Source: Myxococcota bacterium (GTDB lineage: Bacteria > Myxococcota_A > UBA9160 > UBA4427). Taken from it: 64,000 bases of DNA. Within the stretch, counting starts at the first letter, position 1, and each line of letters begins with the position of its first letter. Both the position numbers and the translations under genes were made by a program. The notes under the pieces are model-generated. The model was not told the origin of the DNA and did no database searches. It saw nothing but the letters and a program-made list of their open reading frames with translations. The DNA is taken from positions 4,608,001-4,672,000 of the forward strand of contig OZ252299.1 in the NCBI GenBank assembly GCA_965250285.1. The letters run 5' to 3'. Of this stretch, positions 1 through 10,758 are shown one piece after another.

Positions 1-1
1 C

Positions 2-256
2 TCGACCGCCAAGAAGAACGTGCTGCGCACGAACGGCGGCAAGCTGGTCTCGTACGAGCGCCAGCGCATGGGCGACTACCCTGGCGCCCTGCTGACCTTC
101 GAGCCGAAGGACGCCGACGGCGACTGGGAGATCATGGAGGTGCGGCTCGTGCTCGTCGGCTCGCGCCTCTACGTGCTGAAGGCGACCGACCCCGACAGTA
201 CCGGCGACCGCAGCGACGTGGACCGCTTCTTCGAGAGCTTCGAAGTCATCGAGTAG
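2..256 (+). CDS. Hypothetical protein, 5'-partial
   Basis: Frame is open from the window start; coding-like composition; ends ...DVDRFFESFEVIE; no family recognised. Confidence 0.6.
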   Translation, partial: STAKKNVLRTNGGKLVSYERQRMGDYPGALLTFEPKDADGDWEIMEVRLVLVGSRLYVLKATDPDSTGDRSDVDRFFESFEVIE

Positions 257-388
257 CGCCCCCCGCCGCGGTCCTCTCCGACGTCGCCCCGAGCGCCGCC
301 CGCTCGGGCGCTCCGCACCCAAACGCCCGATCCGCCGTCGCCTCGCCCCTCACTGGGCCGGGGCTCCTGAGGTAGCCTTGGCGCCGCC

Positions 389-1663
389 ATGATCGACCCC
401 CACACACTGGCCGAGCGCCGGTCGGACATCGAAGAGAGCTGTCGCAAGCGCGGCGTCGACGTCGACGTCGACGCGCTGATCCGTCTGCACGACGAAGTCA
501 CCGCCCTGGTGACCGCGCAGAACGAGACGAATCGGCTGCGCAACGAGCACCAGAAGGCCGGCAAGCGCAAGATGAGCGATGACGAGCGCCAGGCGCACGT
601 CGAGAAGGGGCGTGCCTTCAAGGACGACCTTTCCGCCATCGAGGAGAAGCTGCGCGGCGCGCAGACTCAGTTCGACGCCGCGCTCACCGGGATCCCCAAC
701 CACACGCACCCCGACGTGCCGGCGGGCGGCGAAGAAGACTTCGCCGTGCTGCAGGATGGCAAGCCGGCGAGCTTCGACTTCGAACCCCGCGACCACCTCG
801 CGCTCTGCGACCAGTGGGATCTGGTCGACTTCGAGAATGCGGCGCGCGTGGCCGGCCAGAAGTTCTACTACCTGAAGAACGAGGCAGCGCTGCTCGAGGT
901 GGCGCTGCAGCGCTTTGCCCTCGAGGTGCTGCTCGAAGAAGGCTTCACCCCCGTCGTGACGCCCGACCTGGCGCGACCCGAGGTGGTCCAGGGGCTCGGC
1001 TTCAATCCCCGCGGTGAAGAGACGCAGATCTACTCGGTCGCCGATCACGACCTGTGTCTCGTGGGTACGTCCGAGATCACGCTGGGTGGTCTCTACGCCG
1101 ATCACATCTTCGACGAGGCCGACCTGCCGCTGCGCCTCGCGGGCATCTCGCACTGCTTCCGCACCGAGGCCGGCGCGCATGGACGCGAGAGCCGGGGTCT
1201 GTACCGGGTGCACCAGTTCACGAAGACCGAGATGTTCGTGTTCTGCAAGCCCGAGCACAGCGACGAAGAGCACGCGAACCTGCGACGCATCGAAGAGCAC
1301 ATCTTCGACGCGCTCGAGATTCCGTATCGCGTGATCGACGTCGCCGCGGGCGACCTCGGATCGCCGGCCTACCGCAAGTTCGATCTCGAGGCCTGGATGC
1401 CCGGTCGGGGTGAAGGCGGTGACTGGGGCGAGATCACGAGCACGTCGAACTGCACCGACTACCAGGCGCGGCGACTCAAGATCCGGTTCCGACGCGAGGG
1501 CAGCAAGAAGAACGAGCTCGTCCATACGCTGAACGGCACCGCGATCTCGAACGCGCGCGCGATCCTCGCCCTGCTCGAGAACCATCAGCAGGCCGATGGC
1601 ACGGTGAACATCCCCGACGCGCTCCGCCCCTGGGTCGGACGCGACCGCATCGGGCCGCGCTGA
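389..1663 (+). CDS. serS: Seryl-tRNA synthetase
   Basis: N-terminal coiled arm; class II motifs GTSE, CFRTEAG, GLYRVHQFTK, EITSTSNCTDYQARRL, HTLNGTA. Confidence 0.98.
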   Translation: MIDPHTLAERRSDIEESCRKRGVDVDVDALIRLHDEVTALVTAQNETNRLRNEHQKAGKRKMSDDERQAHVEKGRAFKDDLSAIEEKLRGAQTQFDAALTGIPNHTHPDVPAGGEEDFAVLQDGKPASFDFEPRDHLALCDQWDLVDFENAARVAGQKFYYLKNEAALLEVALQRFALEVLLEEGFTPVVTPDLARPEVVQGLGFNPRGEETQIYSVADHDLCLVGTSEITLGGLYADHIFDEADLPLRLAGISHCFRTEAGAHGRESRGLYRVHQFTKTEMFVFCKPEHSDEEHANLRRIEEHIFDALEIPYRVIDVAAGDLGSPAYRKFDLEAWMPGRGEGGDWGEITSTSNCTDYQARRLKIRFRREGSKKNELVHTLNGTAISNARAILALLENHQQADGTVNIPDALRPWVGRDRIGPR

Positions 1664-1677
1664 GCGGGGCGGCGGCG

Positions 1678-3663
1678 ATGGCGAAGGCGGGCGGCTCCGG
1701 CTCCGACCAGGAAGGCGATGCCCGCGACCACGCGCCGCTCGTGGTCGGCACGGCCGGCCACATCGATCATGGCAAGACGTCGCTGATTCGCGCGCTCACC
1801 GGTCTCGACCTCGACCGCCTGCCCGAAGAGAAGGCGCGCGGCATCACGATCGATCTCGGCTTCGCGCCCCTCGATCTGCCCGGAGGGCGGCGCATCGGCG
1901 TGGTCGACGTGCCGGGGCACGAGGGACTCGTGCGCACCATGGTCTCGGGGGCGACGGGCATCGACGTCGTGCTGCTCGTCGTCGCCGCCGACGAAGGGGT
2001 CATGCCGCAGACGCGCGAGCACCTCGCGATCTGCGACCTGCTCGACCTGCGACACGGGCTGGTCGCGCTGACGCGGAGCGACCTCGTCGACGACGAAACC
2101 TGCGAGCTCGCCGAAGCCGAGATGCAGGATCTGCTCGCCGGGACGACCCTCGAAGCCGCGCCCATCCTCGCCGTCTCGGCCGTGACCGGCGACGGCATCG
2201 AGGCCCTGCGCGAGACCCTCGCCCGGGTCTGTGTCGAAGCGGCGCCCCGCACCCCACGACAAGGCCCTGCCCGACTGAACGTCGACCGCGCATTCACGAT
2301 GCGGGGCTTCGGCTCGGTGGTGACCGGCACGCTGGTCGGTTCGGATCTCACCGTCGGCGACGCGATCGAGCTGCTGCCCGAGGGCCACACCGCGCGCGTG
2401 CGCGGGCTTCAGCGACACGGCGACGCCGTCGATGCGGCCCACCCCGGTGCACGCTGCGCGGTCAATGTGCAGGGCGTCGAGCAAGACGCGCTGTCACGTG
2501 GGCAGGTCGTCGCGAAGCCCGGCACCGTCCCGACGACCGACGTCGCCGACGTCCACCTCCACTGGCTTGCGACCTCGCCCGAAGAAACGGGCGTCGTCGC
2601 CGTCGAGCTGCTCTGCGGCACGAGTGAACGACGCGCCCGCCTGGCGCCGATCGGCCCCGACGCGACGCTGCGGCCGGGCACCACCGGCTTCGCGCGGCTG
2701 CATGTCGACGGCCCGCCGATCGCCGTGTTGCCCGGCGAGCGATTCATCGTGCGCGGCTTCGCGCGACACGACCTGGCGGGCCACACCCTGGGCGGCGGCC
2801 GCTTCCTCGATATCGCCCCCCCGCGCCGCCGTCGCAGCGACCCCGTGCTCACACACGAGCTCGAAGCGCTCGACACCGGCGACGTCACCGAAGCCCTGGC
2901 GGTGCGCGTCGCGCGCGGCGGGCTCACGGGCGTCGACGAAGCAACGCTGCGCCTGCAGATGGGGATCGAGCGCGAGCCCCTGGCCGCGATCGTCCACGAG
3001 CTCGAGGCGAAGGACCGCATCGTGCGCACGGCCTCGTCGCGGCTCGTCCTGGCCGAAGCCATCACGCGACTCGCCGAGCGGCTGATCGAGGCGCTCGCGG
3101 CCTACCACGAGCGCGAGCCGCTGCGCCCGGGCATGTCGACCGCAGCGCTGCGCGCCACCCTCCCCGACAACGTCGCCCGCGATACGGCCGAGCTGACGCT
3201 CTCGCGCCTCGAGGCCGACGGGCGCATCGTCGCCGAAGGAGATCTCGTGCGGCAGCCCGCACATGCGCCAAGGCTCGACGACCGCGCACAGACGCTCGTC
3301 GGCCGCATCGCGAGCGAGAGCAGCGAAGCGGGCCTCGAGCCCCCCAGCCCGCGCGACCACTGCGCAGCACTCGGCATCGAGCTCACCGAGTACCGCGACC
3401 TGGTCGCGTATCTCGAACGCCAGGGCGCACTCGTGCGTGCGCCGGGCGATCTGTGGTTCGACGCCAGCTCCATCGATGCGCTGCGGGCGCGACTCGTCGC
3501 GCATCTCGAGGCCGAAGGCGAGATCGACACCCAGACCTACAAGAACCTGATCGGCACCACGCGCCGCACGGCCATGCCGCTGATGGAGCTCTTCGACGAG
3601 CTTCAGGTCACCCGCAGGCAGGGCGACGTGCGGGTGCTGCGCAGGGGCGCCGCGGGCAAGTAG
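1678..3663 (+). CDS. selB: Selenocysteine-specific elongation factor
   Basis: [39 protein letters not shown]-terminal winged-helix region ending TRRQGDVR. Confidence 0.96.
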   Translation: MAKAGGSGSDQEGDARDHAPLVVGTAGHIDHGKTSLIRALTGLDLDRLPEEKARGITIDLGFAPLDLPGGRRIGVVDVPGHEGLVRTMVSGATGIDVVLLVVAADEGVMPQTREHLAICDLLDLRHGLVALTRSDLVDDETCELAEAEMQDLLAGTTLEAAPILAVSAVTGDGIEALRETLARVCVEAAPRTPRQGPARLNVDRAFTMRGFGSVVTGTLVGSDLTVGDAIELLPEGHTARVRGLQRHGDAVDAAHPGARCAVNVQGVEQDALSRGQVVAKPGTVPTTDVADVHLHWLATSPEETGVVAVELLCGTSERRARLAPIGPDATLRPGTTGFARLHVDGPPIAVLPGERFIVRGFARHDLAGHTLGGGRFLDIAPPRRRRSDPVLTHELEALDTGDVTEALAVRVARGGLTGVDEATLRLQMGIEREPLAAIVHELEAKDRIVRTASSRLVLAEAITRLAERLIEALAAYHEREPLRPGMSTAALRATLPDNVARDTAELTLSRLEADGRIVAEGDLVRQPAHAPRLDDRAQTLVGRIASESSEAGLEPPSPRDHCAALGIELTEYRDLVAYLERQGALVRAPGDLWFDASSIDALRARLVAHLEAEGEIDTQTYKNLIGTTRRTAMPLMELFDELQVTRRQGDVRVLRRGAAGK

Positions 3664-3669
3664 AGCGGT

Positions 3670-5145
3670 TCAACGAACCAGCCCGCTCAAGACGTCGGCC
3701 AGGCCGGGCGCGGGTCGCCAACCCAGATACAGCACGACGGCCGTGCACAGACCGAGCACGATCACCTCGGCTGTCGAGAGGCCGGCCGTCCGGCCCGTCG
3801 GCTTCGGCCGCGCAAACATCGCGATGGGCACGGCGAGCAGATAGCGCCAGCTCACGCCGACGCCGACGAGCGCGACGATCACCGGCCACACCAGGCCTTC
3901 GGCCACCGCGGCCGAGAAGAGGTTGTACATCGCCCAGAACCCGCCCGTCCCCGGCAGCCCGGCGAGCGCGAGCAGAAAGAGCGCGAGCGCCGTGGCCGCC
4001 ACTGGGCGCACGCGCGCGAGCCCGGCGAAGTCGTCGACCGTCTCGACATCGCGACCCCCGTGCGCGAACGAGGCCGTCAGGCCATGGGCGCCGAGCACGA
4101 TGAAGGCGTAGACGAAGACGTAGAAGAGCACGGCCTCGAACGCCTCGGTCGACGAGCAGGCCAGCCCGAGCGCCAGATGTCCCGAGTGCGCGATCCCCGC
4201 GCACGCGAGCATGCGGCGCACCGAACGCGCAACGAGGGCCAGACCGTGCCCGACCACGATGCTCGCGACGGCCAGCACCTGAAAGAGCCCCGTCACCGGA
4301 GCCAGGCCTTCGGGGATCGCCTCATCGAGCAGTCGCAGCAGCACGATCACTGCGGTCGTCGGCATCGCGACCGCGAGATAGCCGGCGGTCACGTTCGGCG
4401 CGCCCTGGAAGACGTCGGAGACCCACTGGTGGAACGGAAAGAGCGCGAGCTTGAAGAGCAGCCCGCAGAGCAGCAGCCCGAGCCCGGCGAGGCCGAGCCA
4501 GTCGCTGCCATCGAGCCCAGCCCAGAGCGCGCCATAGCCAAGCTCGCCGGTCGCCCCGTAGAGCAGCGCCATGCCGAAGAGCATCAGACCGCTCGCGAAG
4601 CCACCGGTGAGGTGCAGCTTCAGACCGGCCTCGAGGCTCTCGGCGCGGCGCACGTCGTACGCGGCGAGCAGCGACAGGCAGATCGACGAGAGTTCGAGAC
4701 CGACGTAGAGAAACGCGAGATGGCCGGCCCCGATCGCGACGAACATGCCCGCAGAGGCGAGGAGGACGAGCGCGTGAAAGGGGCCCTGCTCGAGCCGCGC
4801 GGCCGATAGCATCGTGACCGAGAGCCACAGCGTCGCGAGCGCGGCCGAGGCGAGAATCAACGTACCGACGCTCGTCAGCCGATCGACGAGGAAGAGCCCT
4901 GTACGCACGTCGAAGGCCGGCTCGACCGCGCCGACGAGCGAGCTCCAGGCCGAGAGCATGACCGCGCCGAGGGCGACCGAGCTCGTGAGGGCGAGCAATG
5001 GACCGCGCCGTGAAGGCGCGCCTTCGACGCCGCCGCGTCGCCGCCGGACCGACGCCGCGCCGTCGATCAGCAGCGCGACCAGCGCACCGAGCGTCACGAA
5101 GAGCACGGGCGCAAAGACGTCCCAGCGCGGGATCATGTCGATCAC
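3670..5145 (-). CDS. nuoN: NuoN-like antiporter-type subunit (divergent)
   Basis: YVGLELSS, SLEAGLK, FKLALFPFHQWVSDVFQGAP, LAGLPGTGGF; last gene of the A-H-J-K-L-M-N run. Confidence 0.88.
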   Translation of the reverse strand: MIDMIPRWDVFAPVLFVTLGALVALLIDGAASVRRRRGGVEGAPSRRGPLLALTSSVALGAVMLSAWSSLVGAVEPAFDVRTGLFLVDRLTSVGTLILASAALATLWLSVTMLSAARLEQGPFHALVLLASAGMFVAIGAGHLAFLYVGLELSSICLSLLAAYDVRRAESLEAGLKLHLTGGFASGLMLFGMALLYGATGELGYGALWAGLDGSDWLGLAGLGLLLCGLLFKLALFPFHQWVSDVFQGAPNVTAGYLAVAMPTTAVIVLLRLLDEAIPEGLAPVTGLFQVLAVASIVVGHGLALVARSVRRMLACAGIAHSGHLALGLACSSTEAFEAVLFYVFVYAFIVLGAHGLTASFAHGGRDVETVDDFAGLARVRPVAATALALFLLALAGLPGTGGFWAMYNLFSAAVAEGLVWPVIVALVGVGVSWRYLLAVPIAMFARPKPTGRTAGLSTAEVIVLGLCTAVVLYLGWRPAPGLADVLSGLVR

Positions 5146-5185
5146 GGCCGCAGCGCCTCTGCTCGGTCCGCCTGAAGGGGCACGA

Positions 5186-6820
5186 TCAACGGGCCTCCGG
5201 CCGAACGTCGGCGCTTGCCTGTGCGTCGTCGAACTCGGCAGGGGCGCCGCGCAGCTCCATCACGTGAAGCACCTCGAGCACCGCGGGCTCGACACGTCGG
5301 AGCATCGGGTTCGGCATCACGCCGAGCACCACCAGCGAGACGATCAACGCGAGCACGCCGAATCGCTCGCCCCAACCGAGATCGATCAAGCCGCGGTTCT
5401 CCGGATTCTCGACCGGCCCGAGCGCGACCGCGCGGTAGCCGCGCAGGAGACATGCACCGGTGAGCAGCACCCCGAGTAGCGCGACGAGCGTGAGCACGGG
5501 CGAGACCGCGAACCCGCCTGCCAGCACGAGCAGCTCGCCCACGAAGCCGAGAGTCCCGGGGATCCCCGACATCGCGAAGAGGGCCGTCGCGAGCAGCAGC
5601 GAGAACACCGGCATCGGCTTCGCGAGGCCCCCGTACGCCGCGAGCACGGTCGAGCCTCGCCGCTCGACCAGCAGGTTCACCAGGGTGAGCAGCGCCGCGC
5701 TTGCGAGCGCCACGCTCCAGCCATGCACGAGCGCGCCGACGATGCCGTGCTCGCCGAGCGTGAAGACGCCGAGCGTGACGAGCCCGAGCGACGCGGTGTG
5801 CGCGTAGGCCTGTAGTGTGCGCAGGTCACTCTGCGCGCCGGCGACGAGCGCGCCGTAGGCCAGCCCGACGACCGAGAGCATGCTCACGAAGGGTGCGACG
5901 GCAGCGGCGCCCTCGGGCAGCAGCGGCAGGCCGACTCGTACCACGAGATAGATCCCCACGACCCCCTGCAGCACGTCGAGCAGCACGAGGCCGTCCGGCG
6001 GCGCCTGCGCGGCGGCGCGCGCCGACCACACGTGGAAGGGGAAGGCGCGCAGTCGCATCGCGATCGAAACGAGCAGCGCGACGAAGAGTGTCGACTGCGT
6101 CGCCCAGCCGGGTCCGGTCGTCGGCACGTCGACGTCGAGGAGACCGGGCGCTGCGTAGCCTGCTCCGCTCACGAGATCGAACACCCAGACGTGCAGCTGT
6201 TCATAGCCGAGGCGGTGTACGACGATCAAGACGAAGAGCATGCCCATGCTGCCGAGTGCGGCCGGGATCAACCACGCGTAGGCCGCCGCCACCGGTCGCT
6301 CGCCGCCCCAGCTCACGATCATGAAGCCGATGGGCAGGAGCATCAGCGTCCAGAACAAGTGCATCTGCATCACGTTCATCGAGAGCAGCGCACCCAGCAT
6401 CAGAGACTGCAAAGCGAGCACCCGCGCGACGGCGCCGGCCGTGAAACGCGAGGCATCACCGGGCGTCGACCAGCATGCGGTCGGCACGATGAAGAGCACC
6501 AGCAAAACGGGGAAGAGCGAGAGACCGTCGACCGCGAAGTAGAAATGGAAGCCGTACTGCGGCAGCCACTCCCAACGCTCGACGTGCTGTAGCCCGAGCA
6601 GCTCGGGATCGAAGCCTGACCACAACCCCGCCGCAGCGACCGCGAACTGCAGCGTCGTGAAGCCGATCCCGAAGCGTCGCCACACGCCCACGGGCGCGCG
6701 CTCGACACCGACGGCGCGGGCGACCAGCGCGTTCAGCGCCAGCACGAGCGCGGCCGCAACCAGCGGCGCGAGCACGAGCGCCGTCAGCCATCCGCCGAAC
6801 GTGTCGGCCCCGGCTCCCAT
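5186..6820 (-). CDS. nuoM: NuoM-like subunit (divergent)
   Basis: FAVDGLSL, FPFHVW, YGGLAKPMP, GIPGTLGFVGELLVL, LGVMPNP; polytopic. Confidence 0.87.
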   Translation of the reverse strand: MGAGADTFGGWLTALVLAPLVAAALVLALNALVARAVGVERAPVGVWRRFGIGFTTLQFAVAAAGLWSGFDPELLGLQHVERWEWLPQYGFHFYFAVDGLSLFPVLLVLFIVPTACWSTPGDASRFTAGAVARVLALQSLMLGALLSMNVMQMHLFWTLMLLPIGFMIVSWGGERPVAAAYAWLIPAALGSMGMLFVLIVVHRLGYEQLHVWVFDLVSGAGYAAPGLLDVDVPTTGPGWATQSTLFVALLVSIAMRLRAFPFHVWSARAAAQAPPDGLVLLDVLQGVVGIYLVVRVGLPLLPEGAAAVAPFVSMLSVVGLAYGALVAGAQSDLRTLQAYAHTASLGLVTLGVFTLGEHGIVGALVHGWSVALASAALLTLVNLLVERRGSTVLAAYGGLAKPMPVFSLLLATALFAMSGIPGTLGFVGELLVLAGGFAVSPVLTLVALLGVLLTGACLLRGYRAVALGPVENPENRGLIDLGWGERFGVLALIVSLVVLGVMPNPMLRRVEPAVLEVLHVMELRGAPAEFDDAQASADVRPEAR

Positions 6821-6821
6821 T

Positions 6822-8864
6822 TCAGAGCACTCCGCCGAGCGTCAGCCCGAGCACCACGAGCACCGCCCCCACCAACATCGATGCGAGCACACCCTGCGCA
6901 TAGCCGGCCTGGCCGTAGCGATCGAAGAGGCCGCCCACCCAGTCGGCCAGCTTCGCAGGGGCCGTCTCGAGCACGAACACGAGCAGGCGCTCTCCGATCG
7001 GCCCCCGCGCGAGCTGCCGCGCCACGGCCGAGCTCGGCACGATCACCAGCCAGCCGAAGACATTGTCGGGATCGAGCGCGTCGACGACGCGGCGCCCCGG
7101 CCCTCGAAACCGGTTGCGCAGATCGAGCACCGGCTCGGCCCGATTGCGAAACAACAGCCGGGCGCCGACCGCGCCGGCGGCCATCGCGAGCACCTGCAGG
7201 CCGATCCACGTCGACTGCCGACCCGGCTCACCGCGCGGCGGATGAACGTCGGGCAGCACGGGCTCGAAGAACACCGACAGACTGTTCATCTGCTCGATCT
7301 CGAGCGCGTCACCGAAGATCTGAGACACGCCGATCACACCGCCGAACGCGCACAGGACGGCGAGCGCGCCGAGGCTCCAGAGCGAGGGCGTGCGCGGCTC
7401 CCAGGCGAGGCGACGTCGCGCGGGGTCAAACGAGCTGCGCACGGGAAACACCAGGTAGTAGAGACGGATCGTCGTCAAGGCCGTGAAGAACACGGTCAGC
7501 AGCACGAGCACGCACAGCGTCAGATGCCCGGGCAGCTCGACCGCGCGGTCGGCGGCGTCGAGCACCTGCTCGATCGAGAAGAACGCGATCGTCGGCGGCA
7601 GCCCCGCCATGGTCAGCGCACCCACGAGCGTGAAGGCCTGGGGCCACACCATCGCGAGGCCCAGCGGCTGCAGCTTCGTGCGATCGTGCTGATGCCCGCG
7701 CGCCTTGCTCGCGGTCGCGATCCCGAGAAACAGAAGCGCCTTGGCACACGCATGCGCCGTGACGTGAAAGAGCGCAACGTCGTAGGCACCGAGCCCGACG
7801 GCGAGCGCCGCGATCGAGAGCTGGCTGCCCGTCGTCCACGTCAGGATCGCGCGGCCGTCGTCTTCGGCGAGCGAGGCGAGCACGAAGAGCAGCGCGCCCG
7901 CGGCCGCCACCCAGCAGAGCGCCGTCTCGAGCAACGGCACCGCCTCGAACAGAAAGCCGACCCGCACGAGCAGCAGAATGCCGGTGCACGGCATCGCGAC
8001 CGCCTGCATGAACGCCGACGCCGGCGAGGGCGCGACCGAGGCGGCGCGTAGACCGAACATGAAGGGCAGCACGAAGAGGCGGGACGCCGCGGCCAGCGCG
8101 AAGAGCAGCCCGGTGTAGACGGCCGGCGCGACTCCCGGTGCCTCCCCCTCGTGGGCAGGCGGCGGGACGGCGAGCAGCGTGTCGCGGGCGGCGCGGAGGC
8201 TCGACCAGGACAGGTCGGCGCCGCCGCCATCGACGAGCTGCCAGAAGACGCTCAGGAGCCCGGCGAGGAAGAGCGCGTCGCCGGTCCGTTGCCGCAGCGA
8301 CACCTTCTGGAGCGCCGCGCGCCGATCGGCTTCGCCGTACCAGAAGCCGACGAGCAGCCGACCGAAGAGGCCGCACGACACCCACGCGGCGAACGCCAGC
8401 ACCATGTCGTCGGCGAGCACGAAGAGCAGGACGGCCGCGAGCAACGCACACGCGTAGGCGCAGAAGCGCTGCAAGCCGCCGTCGTCGTGGTCATCGCGCG
8501 CCATGTGGATGCCCGCGTGGATCTGGATCGCGAGACCGACGTAGCTCGCGACGAGGCAGAGCAGAGCGGCGACCGGGTCGAATCGCAGGACGAACGCGAC
8601 ATCGAGCGCTTCGGCGCCGACGCCGAGCCCGAACCAGCTGCCGACGCGATCGACGATCGGCACCTCGATGCCGCCGCTCACGAGCCGTGCAAAGAAGAGG
8701 GTCGAGAGCAGCGCCGGCACGGCGAAACCCGCGGCCGCGACCCAGGCGATCGTGCGATCGGCGAGCTGACGTCGCAGCACCCCGCTGGCGATGCCAAGGG
8801 CGAGGGCGACGACGAGCGGCGCAGCGGGGATCCACACCAGATCAGCGGGGCCGGTCCAGCTCAT
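6822..8864 (-). CDS. nuoL: NuoL-like subunit (divergent)
   Basis: LLVGFWY, TGD, SQL, ALFHVTAHACAKALLFL, MAGLPP; long C-terminal extension. Confidence 0.87.
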   Translation of the reverse strand: MSWTGPADLVWIPAAPLVVALALGIASGVLRRQLADRTIAWVAAAGFAVPALLSTLFFARLVSGGIEVPIVDRVGSWFGLGVGAEALDVAFVLRFDPVAALLCLVASYVGLAIQIHAGIHMARDDHDDGGLQRFCAYACALLAAVLLFVLADDMVLAFAAWVSCGLFGRLLVGFWYGEADRRAALQKVSLRQRTGDALFLAGLLSVFWQLVDGGGADLSWSSLRAARDTLLAVPPPAHEGEAPGVAPAVYTGLLFALAAASRLFVLPFMFGLRAASVAPSPASAFMQAVAMPCTGILLLVRVGFLFEAVPLLETALCWVAAAGALLFVLASLAEDDGRAILTWTTGSQLSIAALAVGLGAYDVALFHVTAHACAKALLFLGIATASKARGHQHDRTKLQPLGLAMVWPQAFTLVGALTMAGLPPTIAFFSIEQVLDAADRAVELPGHLTLCVLVLLTVFFTALTTIRLYYLVFPVRSSFDPARRRLAWEPRTPSLWSLGALAVLCAFGGVIGVSQIFGDALEIEQMNSLSVFFEPVLPDVHPPRGEPGRQSTWIGLQVLAMAAGAVGARLLFRNRAEPVLDLRNRFRGPGRRVVDALDPDNVFGWLVIVPSSAVARQLARGPIGERLLVFVLETAPAKLADWVGGLFDRYGQAGYAQGVLASMLVGAVLVVLGLTLGGVL

Positions 8865-9247
8865 CCCGCCTGCTCCTGTGCAGGCGTCGCGCTGCCTTCT
8901 GCGCCCCGCCCGGCGTGACCGAGACGGTTCGCGTCATCGACGTCGGCGCTGCCGCGTCGGCGCACGACGGCCAGCGCGAGTCCCATGCCGACCAGGAGCT
9001 GCACCACGCCGACGACGAGCACGATGAAGGCAAAGGCCTGGCCTTCGAGCGTGGGTGGCGCGCCGGCGCCGAGCGCGCGACCCGCCCACATGCGATTGAA
9101 ACCGACGAACGCGAGTGCGCTCGCGAACGTCACCAGCTGCAGACCGAAGAGCACGACGACGGCGTGACGCCGGCGAATCGATCCGACCAGACCGAGCGCA
9201 AACAGCAGGATCGCGAGACCGAGGACGTGGTCGACACCGACCATCAA
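8861..9247 (-). CDS. nuoK: NuoK-like subunit (start TTG 9247 or ATG 9244)
   Basis: LFALGLVG..RR, GQAFAFIV, three hydrophobic helices; lies between nuoJ and nuoL. Confidence 0.85.
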   Translation of the reverse strand: MMVGVDHVLGLAILLFALGLVGSIRRRHAVVVLFGLQLVTFASALAFVGFNRMWAGRALGAGAPPTLEGQAFAFIVLVVGVVQLLVGMGLALAVVRRRGSADVDDANRLGHAGRGAEGSATPAQEQAG

Positions 9248-9753
9248 CGATCTCCCTCGTCGGCCAGCACGCGACTCGCGACGAGACCCACGAGCAGGAT
9301 CAGCGAGAGACCGACGAGCGGCGCCGCAAACTCGCGGTAGAGGGTCTCACCGAGGGCGAACACGCTCCCGAGCCCCGCGTCGACGGGGAGGTCGGGCCGC
9401 GGCGTGCTCTCGAGCGTGAGCAGCACGACGCCGGCGAGCGATGCAGCGGCGATGACGCCGAGGGCATTCAGGACGCGCCGACGCACCGAGCGCGCGGGCA
9501 GGGGCTCACTCTCGAGATCGACGAGCAACACGACGAAGAGCAGACCGACGCCGGCCGCCCCGATCACGAGGAGCAGCTGCGCGACGCCGAGGAAGGGCGC
9601 GGCGAGCAGCGTGAACAGACCCGCCAGCGCCAGCTGACAGAGCACCGCGCCCATGGCCGCCCCCACGGTCGTCCGCGCCGTCAGGATCAAGACGAGCGCG
9701 CCGACCACCGCGACGGCGGCGAGCCCCTGGAAGCCGATCGACGCCGCGCTCAC
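9244..9753 (-). CDS. nuoJ: NuoJ-like subunit
   Basis: GTG start overlapping the nuoH stop (GTGA); LAAPFLGVAQL..GA..V.LLFVVLL and LGETLY; C-terminal part of ORF 9244..10752. Confidence 0.82.
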   Translation of the reverse strand: MSAASIGFQGLAAVAVVGALVLILTARTTVGAAMGAVLCQLALAGLFTLLAAPFLGVAQLLLVIGAAGVGLLFVVLLVDLESEPLPARSVRRRVLNALGVIAAASLAGVVLLTLESTPRPDLPVDAGLGSVFALGETLYREFAAPLVGLSLILLVGLVASRVLADEGDR

Positions 9754-10715
9754 GAGAGCCCCGGACGCGCGACGAGCCACCAGCCGGTCAGAAAGACGTT
9801 CACGATCGAGAGCGGCACGAAGAGCCGAAAGCAGAGAAAGCTGACCCGCGCTTCGGGCAGCGGCGCCATGCGGCTCCCGACCCACCGGATGAAGCCGAAC
9901 ACGAGCAGCGTCTTGACCAGAAAAGAGGTCGCATGCAGCGCGGCACACAGCAGCGCGCCGACCGTGAGTCCATAGCTCTTCGTCAGCACGGGCTCGAGCG
10001 TCGATTCGGCGAGCCACGGAATCGACCATCCACCGAGACCCAGCGTGACGACGTAGCCGGCGAGCAGAAGCGTGTTCACGAAGTCGGCGACGACGGCGTT
10101 GCCCAGCCGCAGGCCGCTGCCCTCGGCGTGCAGCGAAGTGAGTGACTCGGCGCTCGCCGCTGCGAGGTCGAAGGGCGGCAGGCGCAGCGCACCGAGCCCG
10201 CAGATCAAGACGAGCCCCACCGCCAGCGGGTTCAGCAGCACGCCCCAGAGCGGCAGGCGCACTGTGATGCGACCCGCTTCGGGCCATGCGAAGCCGGCGG
10301 TCGAGACGATCTCGGCGGGCGTGGTCGTCGTGTCTTGTCGGGCGGCGATGTCGACGAGTTCGAGCGAGCCGTACACGAGGGCGAGCGGCAGGGTGGCCAG
10401 CGCGAGGGCCACACCGTACGAGAGCGTCTGCGCACCGGCGCCGAGGCAGGCTCGGCGCGCGGCTTCGTCGCGCACCGACCAGCCCATTGCGGCGAACCCG
10501 AGCGCCGACATACAGACGAGCGCGACGGGCACGAGGATCGACGCGTCGACGTCGGCGACGACGAGCGACACGGGCCGCTCGCCGACCAGATACGACGAAC
10601 CGAACGGGAGCACACCCAGGCTGGCGACGGCGACGACGACCGTCCAGGCCGGACCGAGCCGATCGAGCCAGGGGATCGTGCGTGCCGACGTCGGCTGCGT
10701 CGCATCGGCGCTCAC
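9750..10715 (-). CDS. nuoH: NuoH-like subunit lacking the usual N-terminal helix
   Basis: VLPFG, AQTLSY, GSLELVDI, PFDL, LGLGGW, FLVKT; GTG 10715 chosen as start (ORF open to 10784). Confidence 0.82.
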   Translation of the reverse strand: MSADATQPTSARTIPWLDRLGPAWTVVVAVASLGVLPFGSSYLVGERPVSLVVADVDASILVPVALVCMSALGFAAMGWSVRDEAARRACLGAGAQTLSYGVALALATLPLALVYGSLELVDIAARQDTTTTPAEIVSTAGFAWPEAGRITVRLPLWGVLLNPLAVGLVLICGLGALRLPPFDLAAASAESLTSLHAEGSGLRLGNAVVADFVNTLLLAGYVVTLGLGGWSIPWLAESTLEPVLTKSYGLTVGALLCAALHATSFLVKTLLVFGFIRWVGSRMAPLPEARVSFLCFRLFVPLSIVNVFLTGWWLVARPGLS

Positions 10716-10758
10716 GCCAACCCCCTCGGAGCGTGCGGTGAACCAACGGCATTCGCGT

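Noticed and set aside
451..475. Abundant GTCGAC and TCGA palindromes here and throughout
   Set aside because: Explained by codon pairs such as GTC-GAC, CTC-GAG and ATC-GAG.
1678..3670. tRNA-Sec (selC) or a UGA-recoded selenoprotein near selB
   Set aside because: No tRNA-like sequence was seen, and msrB uses ordinary Cys codons. A tRNAscan or bSECIS search was not possible.
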